Source of the DNA: Setoptus koraiensis
Lineage: Eukaryota > Animalia > Arthropoda
NCBI GenBank assembly: GCA_048013815.1
Contig: CM106585.1
Location: 18,352,001 to 18,416,000 of the forward strand
Direction of reading: 5' to 3'
Length of the DNA stretch: 64,000 nt
Shown here: positions 13,838 through 24,213 of the stretch, in pieces
Layout: every line of letters begins with the position of its first letter
Position numbering within the stretch: position 1 is the stretch's first letter
The notes under the pieces: generated by a model
The model's database searches: none
Seen by the model: only the letters and a program-made list of their open reading frames with translations
What the model was told of the DNA's origin: nothing
Position numbers and translations under genes: made by a program

Positions 13838-16800
13838 CGGCAGAACAAACAACAAATCCCGTTGTAAATCCCGTTATGCCCGTTACATAATATGCTTATG
13901 ACGGCACAGAATAAATGTTGTGCGATGTTGTGCGATCCAGACACACACACACGCACCGAGAGACAATTTTACGACAATCGAATTGGGGCCAACACACACA
14001 CACGCACACAGTTGGGGCCGGCCACTCAAGTGGCGAGCTCGAAACGGCCAATAGCCGACAGCAAAATAAAACTACCGACGCTCGTGTCGATGCCGCTCGC
14101 TCGGCAACTCAATGACGACGCTCTTACATAACTCTTCGTGGCTGAAATTTCCATTCTGCCAAGACAGTTTAACATTGACTTGGCGCGCTTGTGCGCCCCC
14201 ACTTGCCCGCGCGACGGGCCGCACAGTTTTGTCGGGCCGACATGTAATATCGGCTCGGGCCGAGCCTGTCTGAGCCGATATTATGCCTGGCCAAGCGATA
14301 TTACGCGGGCCCGAGCCGATATCATGCCGGCCCGAGCGATATTGTGCCGGCCCGAGCGATATTGTGCCGGCCCGAGCGATGTTGTGCAGAGATCGCTCCG
14401 CTCTACAGTGGCGCGGCACGGTGCGCGGTGTCCCGCCACTGTCCGCCGGGATACGGAACCCGTGTTACAAATCAAACTGCGGCGCGCCTCTCGAAGGTAT
14501 GGCACGCGTGAACTGGTACGGCTGAAAATCCGCAGCCAGAACAATGGCGCTTGCCCTTTGCCCGAGCGCAGCCACAACAAACAAACCTTGTCAAATTTTG
14601 TTTGTTTTTTGTGGCTTAACTCACTGGCTGGCCCGCTGACTCAACTCTGTCTGTTGGCGGGCCCATTAGAGAGGTCGGCGGCGGTTCGGGCTGGCGCGGC
14701 GCCGGGATAGGTGCCGAGACGGGCCTCAAATGAGCTCATTTGCATACCACGGGCACACCAGTTGTCAAGTCAGGTTACGGGCGGCAGCATCAGCGATGAG
14801 TTTGTTTGGGTTTGGTTGTTGTTGTTGTTGCTCGAGGGCTGTGGCAGCCGTGATAGCCGCGATAGTGAACAATGTATAATGAGGCCACAGCCAACATCAA
14901 CAACTTAACAGCACGAGCCAGCTCGGCGAGGCCCCAGAAACAAGCTGGCCAGAAATAGAAACATTCTTTTATAAGCTCATAACATTTCTATATACTGTGC
15001 GCTGCACTTGTGTCGCCATAACGATGATGTAATCTTTTGTGACATTCCGCTTTTGTTGTTTGCTGGCTGGCTGGCCGGCCGGCCGGTCGGTCGTCGGGCC
15101 CACGGGCCGGGCCAGTTTCCGCTGGCGCCCGCGGTGCGCTTATGGTGACATTAGTCATGTCGCTCGGTGCACAGAACGCTCAGCGCTACAATTTATCCGC
15201 TCACCAAGGCTCACAATTTATCCGCTCACCAAGGCTCACAATTGCGCGCAACTGCGCGCCCCAACAATTGCGAGCCAATTGGGCGCTTAGCAGGGGAGCG
15301 CCGCCCGACATTCCATAATGCGGAATCCATATCTCACGCTGGCGCCCGCGCCCGCGCTGAGATATAGAGGGCTGAGCGTGAGATACGGAGCGGGCCCGCC
15401 GTGCACCGCCGGGCCAACTGTCACAAGATATATATTAGCATGCGCCGAGCTGAAATATATATTAACATGGTGCAAACATACACCAGCGCCACCACTGCGA
15501 AAAGCCGTCGGAAAGCGGCGATAAATTATAAAACTATAAAACGGCGCCCGCTCCTCTCGAGCTCGTCACTCCGGCCCGGCCGCTCGGAGCGCCCGCAGTG
15601 GCTCGGGTCGCTGGCCGCCGGCCAGCCAATTGAGTGCCCAGCCAGACGTGAACTGATTGTCGTCTATGGTTGTTGTCGCTGGTCGTCGCTGGTTGTCGGT
15701 TGTTGTCGCCGGTCGTCGGCGCCGCGGCAAAGCCAAACAAGTGCCAAGATCGCATCCGCGCCGGCCCGCCACAGCACGAGACCGCCGCGTGCAGCAGTGG
15801 CCCCATTCTAAACCATTTACAGTTGTTTAATATCGGGCCCGCGAGGGCGCCTTTGTTGTCGCGAGGGCGCTGTCGTCACGACGTCGTTGTTGCTGTGACA
15901 GCGTTGTCGTCGGTGCTGTCGCGCCAGTCGCTCTGCAGCGACTGACAGCGCGCAAGGGAGCCCCTCGGCTATGACGGGCCCCGTCATAATTCCGGGGCCG
16001 GCTGTCTGTCTTTTGGCCGGCTCAAAGGCTGGCTGCAGGGGCTAGCTGCAAGGGCCGGCCGGCCCCAGCGCGGCTGTCATCGGTGCTCGAACAACAATTG
16101 TGCATTACGATCGTGCATTATGGTTTCTTTTTGTGCGCCCCTTTGGCCCCTCGTTTCGTGCGTTCTCTTTGTGGGCCCCCCTTTGGCCCCGCTTTTTGCG
16201 CGTTCTTTTTGTGTGCCCGCCAAAGCCAAAAAACAGGTGATGAAAATCCCTGGCCGATTTTCAGATTACTCGCGCGGGCCGCTCGCAACAACCAGACAAA
16301 TCGCCCGGATGTGTGTTTGGCGCGGACTGCGCGACACTGGGGCGTCCCGACCTCACAGATCCGGCGCACAAAGTCCGGCCATTCAAGTGGCTGTAAACTG
16401 ATCCGATTTCGCCCCTATATCCCGTGCCAAACCGACACTGGCAACTCATTACGCAACATTGCTAATCTCTGCTTATGATTCCCATTCTTTTGTTTGACAC
16501 ACACACGCCACTTTCAACACAGGACCATCGTTCGTGCGGCGCATCCGCACCGGCCCGGCCAGTCCGGCCGACAGTGGCACCCTCCAGGCGGGTCCGCCAG
16601 GCGCTCCAGCAGACGAGATCGGAAACTCATATGTGCTGGCCGCACAACCGCTCACCCTGGAATGTGATACCCCGGACGCGGGCTACCCGCCCGCCACAAA
16701 ATGGCGCTGGTTCTACAATCACCGCTCACTGACAGATTATCCGCTCGAGGGCGTGTCTACGAGGAGCACCGCAATGAACGGCCCGACAGGCGCGCCACAT

Positions 16801-19800
16801 AGTTCCGACGAGCGCGCCAATAACAATATCCCTAGCGGCCTGCATGATAATTGCAACCAGCACAACAACTTGCCTGCCAGCAACTGCAGCAACAAATATC
16901 TGCATATAGAATCAGTGAAACTCATACACCGAGCCAACTATTCGTGCCAGGCCGTCAATGCGCTCGGAGCGGGACCCGACCCGCTGGCGGCGGCGACGGG
17001 CTCTCGGTCGGATGCGGCGGGACAGCCGCGCGGCTTCTCGCTGGAGCCGCTGGCCGCGCCCGCCCTGGTGCAGGCGTTGCCGCTGACGAGCGGCTGTCTG
17101 ATTAATGAGACCCAGTACGAGCTTGTGTGTCGTGTCCAATGTCAGCCCATGTGTCGCATCACTTGGTTGCGCAACAACCGGCCTATAGCGACGACAGCGG
17201 ATAATCAGCAGCAGGCAGCTTCGTTATTGTCAACTGGTGATCCAATTATCAGTTACGAAACAAAGAGCGTGTTTATTAATGAGCAAATCAACGACAACAT
17301 TTTTGGCTCTGTGCAATCGACGCTCAAATTTACAATCCGACAGCCGGAACTGCAACAACAACAACAGCAACAACAGCAACAACAGCAGCAACAACAACAA
17401 CAACAGGCCTCCAAACACGGCCGGCTCACGCTGTCGAGCGCGCCCATAATTGGGGCCCTGGATCGCATTCGCGACGAGGCCAATTACACCTGCGAGAGCA
17501 GCCCAAATTCCGTGGGATCGGGTGTCGGCTCTAGCACCCTGTTTCAGGTTTATTATCCGCCCGAGAATGTGAGCGTGCGGCCGCACCGACTCGACCTGGT
17601 CGAGGGCAGCGAATGGGGACCCAAGCTGCTGTGCCAGGCCCAGGCCCTGCCCAGGGCCCAGTACCAGTGGCGCTTCCGGCCCGACCAGGCGAGAGACGGC
17701 TCCGGCGGGCCGGCGGCGGACGAGGGCGCGCCACTCAAGGCGGCCGGCGCCCGACAGGAAGTGATGGATCTGAGCCAGAGGAAGGTGACTAGGGCCCAGT
17801 CGGGCCACTACACCTGTGTGGCGCGCAATCAGTTTGGCTGGCAGCAGACGGAGGCGCACGTCAACGTTTTATGTAAGTAACTAACTACCCGCTACCCCCG
17901 CGTCCCCCTTGTTCCCCTTGTCCCGTATATATTTGTTCACGCTCACTGACTCGCGCAACAACAACAGCAACAACTTGAACGATAACGACAACAACAGCGA
18001 CATCAGCGACAACAGCGACAACAGCGACAACAGCGACAACAGCGACAACAACGACAACAACGACGCTAGCGACAACAGCGACATCACACAAGAACAAACT
18101 CACGCCAGTCGGTAGTGGGGCATGGTTACGTAAGCTATGTGACACACGCGCGGCCGTGAGCAGCTTGTTAGTGGCGCGTTAGTCAGCCGGTCGTTACGTA
18201 ATTCAATCTGTAATACGTTGTGCCGTTGTTGTCGGTGGCTGTTGCATCAATTGATGAGCGTGTCAGCGAGTGTCACCGGTTACGTAACGACACAACCGTC
18301 AACAGCGTCAATTCGGACTGCGACAGCCACTGCGACAGCCACTGCGCCAACGACAAAAGCCCGGCTAGAAATTATTAGTTGCGCGCGCCGGGTTTATTAT
18401 TAAAAATGGCTCCGGCGGGCCGGGCCGTTAAGCCCGACGGATCGAGCCAGCGCGGCCCGACGCATCGAGCCTTCGGGCCGCACCAGCTGTCGCGCAATAT
18501 CCCGCCTTTTGCGACAAAAAACATCCGTCCCGCTTGCAGAGCCGCTTGTGTCACTCAATATAAGCCTCACACATATATATAATATATATACGTACGGCAA
18601 CGTAAACAAGGGGCCCGCTTGCATATATTATTGTATGCAAAGAAATTGTGTGCATCATATTATGTCGTGCATTGTCGGCAGTCGTCGCGGCAGTTGTCGT
18701 ATTATTGTTATTGCCAGTCTGGGCCGACTTTCAACGGTGACGGACAAGTTGAAAGTTGACTGACATTAGCCAATCGCAATATATATCCGTGGATATATAT
18801 TGCGATATATATCGATCTGTCGATGCGCCGCGTGAATAAATAAACGGCGCTCGATGGCAGTCATGAAAATTGGTCACATGCTCGCAGTGCAAAGTTATTC
18901 AATGAGCGACCATGGTTACGTAACTGGTCGGCGCTTATAAGTTATAACAATGCTCGTCGCGGCCATTTTATCCGTTCGTTGCGTATGTAAATGAGCTGCC
19001 ATCGGCTGGGCCGCCGATGCGCCGCCGATGCGCGCCGCCAATCATGCGGGTAAACCGCAACTGGGTCACGCCTCTGCATATCAGATTAGTTGTGACAGTG
19101 GGCACCGCTGACTCGGGCACTTGGCTCTACCTTGCGCCAGCCGCGCCAGTTGTGCCAGTTTTGCCAGTTTTGCCAGTTTCGCGAGTTTGCGGGTTCGCGA
19201 GCCGGCACCATTAGCGGGCCGATGACTGGGCCCTGACGGGCAGAGCCAATCGAGATAAGCGAGCGGCCGATTGATTCGCCCGTCGGGCCGGTCGCTGGCG
19301 TTCAACTGGTCCGTTTGACTAACCAAATGAAATGTTGTCACTGTCAATTGGCCGGCACCGGCAGCCGCCGTGCAGTGCGAGGCCCCCCGAAAGAACGATA
19401 GGCACGTACGTGTTGGCCGTGGCGGCCAATTATCTGTCGGCCGGCGGCGGGCGCCTCGTTCAACGGCACACACAAGTGCTGCTAATAACAATAATATACT
19501 CATTGTATATTGTTATTATTGCATCAGCGCCGCACCATTAACGTGGCGCGGCGGCGTTGAACGTTACGCAATAGTTAAATTTGAATTATGCATTCAGAGC
19601 ACACGCACGCCCCCGCAATCGGCGATCATAACTGGCGCCACACTTATATCGTTATATTCACAGTTGTATTTACTTATTCACAGTTGTTGTAGTTATATTT
19701 ACAGTTATACCGGCAGTTGTATTTGCAGTTACGCCAGCACTAACACGTCTCAACATTCTGTCTGTCTCTTTGTGCGTAATTGTTGCGCAACCGCCAATAG

Positions 19801-22800
19801 ATAAGCCATCGTGCCGGACCTATCATCTGTGGACGCTGGACGGGGCCAGCAACTTCACTGTTGCCCACAACAAAGATGCCAGCGACTTGGCCGACCAGCC
19901 GGCCGGCGCCAATTTGGCCGATTTCGGTGACACATCGGGCGCACTAAATGGCGATTATCATCACTCTAATGATGCCATTAACGGCACAATCAATAATAAC
20001 AATGCCCAGGACAGCGCCAACGGAGTGGACCTCATTAATGCGCCAGACGCGCCCGCAGATATGCAAATGAGCAGCACACAAACCAGCAACCAAATTGAGC
20101 AGCGAGCGGGCGCCAAACTGTTACAAACCAAATACAGGGATTATCTGAGGCGCTACTCGATGGCGTTGGAGGCCAACCAAGAGCACCGGCAACAGCAGCA
20201 ACCGACGGCCGATAGGCGCCAGTGGACGACGGACAACAATGCAAAACAATTCACCTTTGCCTGTGTCGCGTACGAGGCCAATCCCATGAAGAGCCTACAA
20301 TTTCATTGGCGTCTCAGCAATCACAATCAGGCCGTTAAATCGTATCCAGCAACTACGACAAACAGCAACAACAAAGACACCTCGTCCTCGTCGTCTTACC
20401 TGATTCCGCGCCAGATCGCCCTGGCGGCGCAAGCGGGCAACATGGTGTGGTCAATTGGTACCATCAGCTTGCGTCTCATAAACAGACTTGACTTGGATCA
20501 GCTGAGCCTGATCACCATTGAGTTGCGTCACAATGACACCAGTGCAAACAATTTTGAGATTGACAACTTGTCTGAATTTGACACACAATCAGTGGACAGT
20601 GCAGGCAACAATATAAACAGCGATTCAGCGGCAACCCATTCCACCGACGCGGATTGGGTTGCGCGCGCCGCCAACAAATACCCGCTACCCAGTGCCGACC
20701 AGGGCACCAAGCACCGCAAGAGACCCGCTACCGGAAGCCAGGCGGCTAAGCCGCAACAGGCGGCAGTTTTGTCGTGGCGCCGCCAATTGGAGGAGCTGCT
20801 CAGCTGTTCGGTGGCCAACGAGATAGGAATGTCGCAAGCGGCGCCCGTGCGCCTGAGCCGGCCGTCCCGGCAGGCGCAAACGCCCAGTGAGTAAACATTG
20901 CATTTCTCAATCAATTTCAAATTCAATCTCGATCCCAATCAAGCGCACAACTGACCGCAACGCCCCCTCTCTCTCTCTCCCGTCCGCTCGTCACTATCCA
21001 TATGCCACTATTCATGAACCCAACCGCTATTCATGAACCCAACCGCTATTCATGAACTTGACCACTATTCATGAATCCACCCACTATTCATGAATCCATC
21101 CAATATTCATGAACTCGACCGCGACTCACGGAACTCGACGGAATGGCCTCCTGTTGCGAATGGCCTCGCGTTGCAACGGCTCGCCGGAACGTGCCACGGT
21201 GTTGCGATTCACGCGTGAATACCGACATGAATACCGCGCGTCGCCAACCGCAGACTCGGCCAATTTGTGGCGGATGCCCCAGTTGGGCAAGCAGTCGCTG
21301 CTGATACTGGGCGCCGTGGTTTGCAGCATGATACTCATTGTGGTGTGCGTCGGCCTGCTGGCCGGCGTGTACTCGCGGGTGACGCTCAACAGCCAAGAGG
21401 CCAACAACTTAAAACAACAACAACAGCAACAACAACAGTATCACAGCGACGACGACGACACGGCCACTACAACAATAAACAGCAGCAACGCCAACAACGC
21501 AACGGGCGCCACCGGCTACCGCGGCGGCCCGATGACGGCGACCAACAGACAGCAGCAGCAGCACAAACTTATCGCTGCCAACAACAACAACAACAACAAC
21601 AGCAGCGGCAGCAGCGACAATCACAGCGACGACAGCACGAGCTGTCTGGGCAACTTGCGTCACAATCATCACTCCACTATGACTAATATGAGCCATCGCC
21701 ATCAATATTCCGATCTGTCGCCCGATCAAATGCTGGCCAACAGTCTGCTCGCCAAGACAGTGATGCAATCCAACGAGCTCATGTTGCAGTCACAGCAACG
21801 TCACAGGGGCCAACAACTTTTGGCCCAATCGCACGCCAGCAAGATGATGCAAAACAGCAGACAGTCGGCGGAACAGGCCTCGTCGTCGTCGCCCTCGTCG
21901 TCGGTGCTCAGCTCGGGCCTGCCCTCTTGTTCGGGTAAGTTGATCGCCAATGAGCTAATTCTTTCATAATCTGCCAGTTTGTTTATAATGAACGTCAGCA
22001 AGCGCGTTTGTTTGTGTGTCGACAATGTTTAAACACTCGTTAATCTTGTCCCGCTCTCTCTCTCTCTCGCTACTATTGATCGCCGTTCAGTGTTTGCCAC
22101 CGGAAGCTCCGCCATGGGCGACCCAATCGGATACAAGGAGGACGAGCTGCATCAGCAGCAGCAGCAGCAACGCGAACGCCAGCAGCACCAAAACAAACAA
22201 CAGCAGAGCCTATCAATCAAGTCGCTGTCCAAGCTGCGCTCCGGCAAAGTATCAGGTAAGCCATTAAGCTGCCCGCGTTGGCCGTAACGGGCCCCGCTCG
22301 CGCCCATTGTCGTTGTTGCGTAATACCGCGCTGTGTCGTAATGCCGCGTTGTGTCGCAATACCGCGCTGTGTCACGACTCGCGATATCGCACTGTGTCAC
22401 AATATCGCATCGTGTCGCGCAACGACCGTCTGTTACGTAACGACAATCCGCTGCCACTGGCGGCCCAATGATAGATTGGCGCTGATCATCCCTTGCCGCT
22501 GGCTTATTATTAGTAATACTACTAACGACAGCATATTATTTTCATTGTCTCATATCCGCGCGCTCTATTTGTTCTGTGTGCACCTCTCGTCAGACTTTTC
22601 TATTTTCGCCAATCGAGTTCTCGACAAAAACAGGGAGTTTCTTCAGTCCGCCATGAAACGGGGACCCATCAGAGCGGCAGTGGCTGCCGCAAGGAACGAG
22701 AATGAGGCAGGCAGCGCGAGCTCGTGCCTCAAACTCAACTCGCCCTCCTCGCAATCTCAATCGACGTCGCCCGGATCGTCGTCGTTTATGCCCACCACCA

Positions 22801-23879
22801 CCACCACCGCCAACACCAACAACGCACCGGCCAACACCAACGGCGACGCAAATTCACTCGTGGCCGCATCAATTAAAAACAATTTCTCATCTCTGGAGCA
22901 CAGTCTACTCACCACCATTTACCAGCGCGATCAACACCACCACTATAATCAGCTGAGACCGAGCAACAAGAACATTGTCGACAATTCAATATCGCCCCCC
23001 ACCTACTCAAATTTGATGCTGTTCAACCAACACAACAACAACAACAACAACAATAGCTACATTGACACTGCCAGCAACGTCCAGTTCAGGAGGACACATT
23101 CGGCCCGGCCGTATCCGAAGCCAATGAGGTACATTGATGCCAACGGCCGCGAACAAATAGACTACAAGTACATGCTTCAGCAGCAACAACAAATGGATGA
23201 CAACAACAACAACAACAGCAGTATTGTCAGAACACTAACAACTCCGTCCAGGTTCTACATCGGCAACAACAACGCAGCCACCATGCAACCGACGCCAAGA
23301 TCTATGGACAACTCAATGTATCAATCTGGGCCACAAACAAACAACAGTTTGTTGCATTTCGACCAGCAGCAGCGACAGCAACGACTTGATTTAATATTGG
23401 CCCAACAAAACAGCCTACTCAATTCAAACACCATCCATCCAATCGATCTCACCAATCACATGGGCCCGCAACAACCGTCCCCTTATCCAGCACACAGACA
23501 ATCGCTGAAACACCAAGATCAGTTGCAACAACAACACCAATATCAACAGCAACAACATCGACACTATTTCTATTCGGCTAATTCAATTAGACGAAACAAC
23601 AAAACAGACGATAATGACGACCAATTGGTTGAACATATTTACGACCAAAATGCCTATGCCTCACCTGAAGTAACCCCCATTAGAGTGATAACAAACACAT
23701 CGACAAACCACAATCAGCACCAGCAAAGTTCGCCCAATCCAATACTGAATCGCAATTTCAATGGCAATATTGATCATAGAAATATAATTGACAATAGTAT
23801 TACGCACAACAGTGCTCTCAAAGATCAAGCAAGCGTTAGTCAATTGATAGCGCGATTCAATTTCTCAAATCTAGTCTAA
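4501..23879 (+). CDS. Sidestep/nephrin-like multi-Ig single-pass cell-adhesion receptor, join(4501..5925,7499..7625,7865..8064,8241..9326,16523..17872,19801..20886,21254..21934,22091..22255,22594..23879); 5' leader exon not resolved
   Basis: Nine exons bounded by GT-AG sites join in frame (phases 1,2,1,1,1,1,1,1; 7406 nt, about 2467 aa). Nine Ig folds with C...W...(Y)xC signatures; Side-type Ig2 motif IGPYNEGEPLKLSCLVYGGKPQPRVYW; TM segment LLILGAVVCSMILIVVCVGLLAGVY; no FN3 seen. Family call is from motif recognition, not a database search. Confidence 0.88.
5940..6018. repeat. 9-nt CAACTCCCG-type repeat after the 5926 donor
   Basis: Degenerate tandem copies seen directly. Confidence 0.8.
7499..7625 (+). 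CDS. Ig receptor exon: N-half of Ig3
   Basis: ctacag|TG..; (V)GVSSVDLIVGRGAQQLREGDLVELECVAYSSKPAANITWFNG; donor GG|gtaag at 7626. Absent from the ORF track. Confidence 0.9.
7865..8064 (+). CDS. Ig receptor exon: C-half of Ig3
   Basis: atgcag|A; SQALDSAQFNKLMRSQLELNGDSTVNTHSYLELRLTRYDHRAQIQCQAHNAVMERPLAKILELRVQ; donor C|gtaagt at 8065. Confidence 0.9.
8157..8228. repeat. 11-nt CCGATATATRC repeat before the 8240 acceptor
   Basis: About 6 tandem copies. Confidence 0.85.
8241..9326 (+). CDS. Ig receptor exon: Ig4 and Ig5
   Basis: gcgcag|AC gives HAPVVSM; VQIYCVYQANP..VRWFKN..DDSGLYDCQVENQIG; LLLVCDTLEAEP..YYWYK..NANYSCAAANLLGPG; donor G|gtgag at 9327. Confidence 0.9.
10671..10734. repeat. 16-nt minisatellite TGCAACTATCGTGTTG x4
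   Basis: Four near-perfect copies in the 7.2-kb intron. Confidence 0.9.
14305..14383. repeat. 20-nt minisatellite GCCGGCCCGAGCGATATTGT, about 4 copies
   Basis: Seen directly. Confidence 0.85.
16523..17872 (+). CDS. Ig receptor exon: Ig6, Ig7 and Ig8
   Basis: caacacag|GA; LTLECDTPDAGYPPATKWRW..RANYSCQAVNALG; ELVCRVQCQPMCRITWLRN..EANYTCES; LLCQAQALPRAQYQW..QSGHYTCVARNQFG; donor T|gtaagt at 17873. Confidence 0.9.
17986..18083. repeat. 9-nt GACAACAGC repeat after the 17873 donor
   Basis: About 10 copies. Confidence 0.85.
19801..20886 (+). CDS. Ig receptor exon: Ig9 with large low-complexity insertions
   Basis: caatag|AT gives YKPSC; FTFACVAYEANPMKSLQFHW..LSCSVANEIG; donor A|gtgagt at 20887. 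Confidence 0.82.
21008..21120. repeat. 19-nt minisatellite CTATTCATGAA-core x6
   Basis: Core at 21008, 21027, 21046, 21065, 21084 and 21103. Confidence 0.9.
21254..21934 (+). CDS. Ig receptor exon: transmembrane helix and proximal tail
   Basis: ccgcag|AC; hydrophobic LLILGAVVCSMILIVVCVGLLAGVY, then Q/N/S-rich tail; donor G|gtaagt at 21935. Confidence 0.82.
22091..22255 (+). CDS. Ig receptor cytoplasmic exon
   Basis: gttcag|TG gives VFATGSSAMGDPIGYKEDELH..KLRSGKVS; donor G|gtaag at 22256; 165 nt, phase 1-1. Confidence 0.75.
22594..23879 (+). CDS. Ig receptor terminal exon (low-complexity cytoplasmic tail)
   Basis: cgtcag|AC gives DFSIFANRVLDKNREF; open to TAA at 23879; AATAAA at 24047. Confidence 0.75.
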
Positions 23880-23886
23880 TCATGTC

Positions 23887-23919
<33 letters not shown>

Positions 23920-24046
23920 GTATACATGTATATATAATATGATGATAAGCTTATATGCATATGATATCATGCCTCTGATGCATGGATATGTGTATGGGTG
24001 TGTCTCTCTGTTTGTTCAATTGTTTGTATGTAAATAATGTAATGTC

Positions 24047-24052
24047 AATAAA
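24047..24052 (+). promoter_or_regulatory. Candidate polyadenylation signal of the Ig receptor gene
   Basis: AATAAA 168 nt after the stop, in the AT-rich spacer shared with convergent CDC27. Confidence 0.5.
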
Positions 24053-24213
24053 AAGCAATTATCTTTTTTGCGTGTTAATATATATATGAATGATATGGAC
24101 ATACACCAAAAATATGTTGGTGTCGATTATATTATTTGAATGATAACACTGTTGTTGTTGTGGCAACATGATTATTATTTGATGTTTGTATTTTGGTTGA
24201 TTGACTGTTTGAT

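Noticed and set aside
9480-16480. Many 60-190-aa ORFs in intron 4
   Set aside because: Arg/Ala/Pro-rich GC artefacts with no recognisable domain; the flanking exons join in frame without them.
21008-21120. Regular 19-nt repeats (also 62519-62587) resembling CRISPR
   Set aside because: No unique spacers, no cas genes and a eukaryotic intronic context; these are minisatellites.
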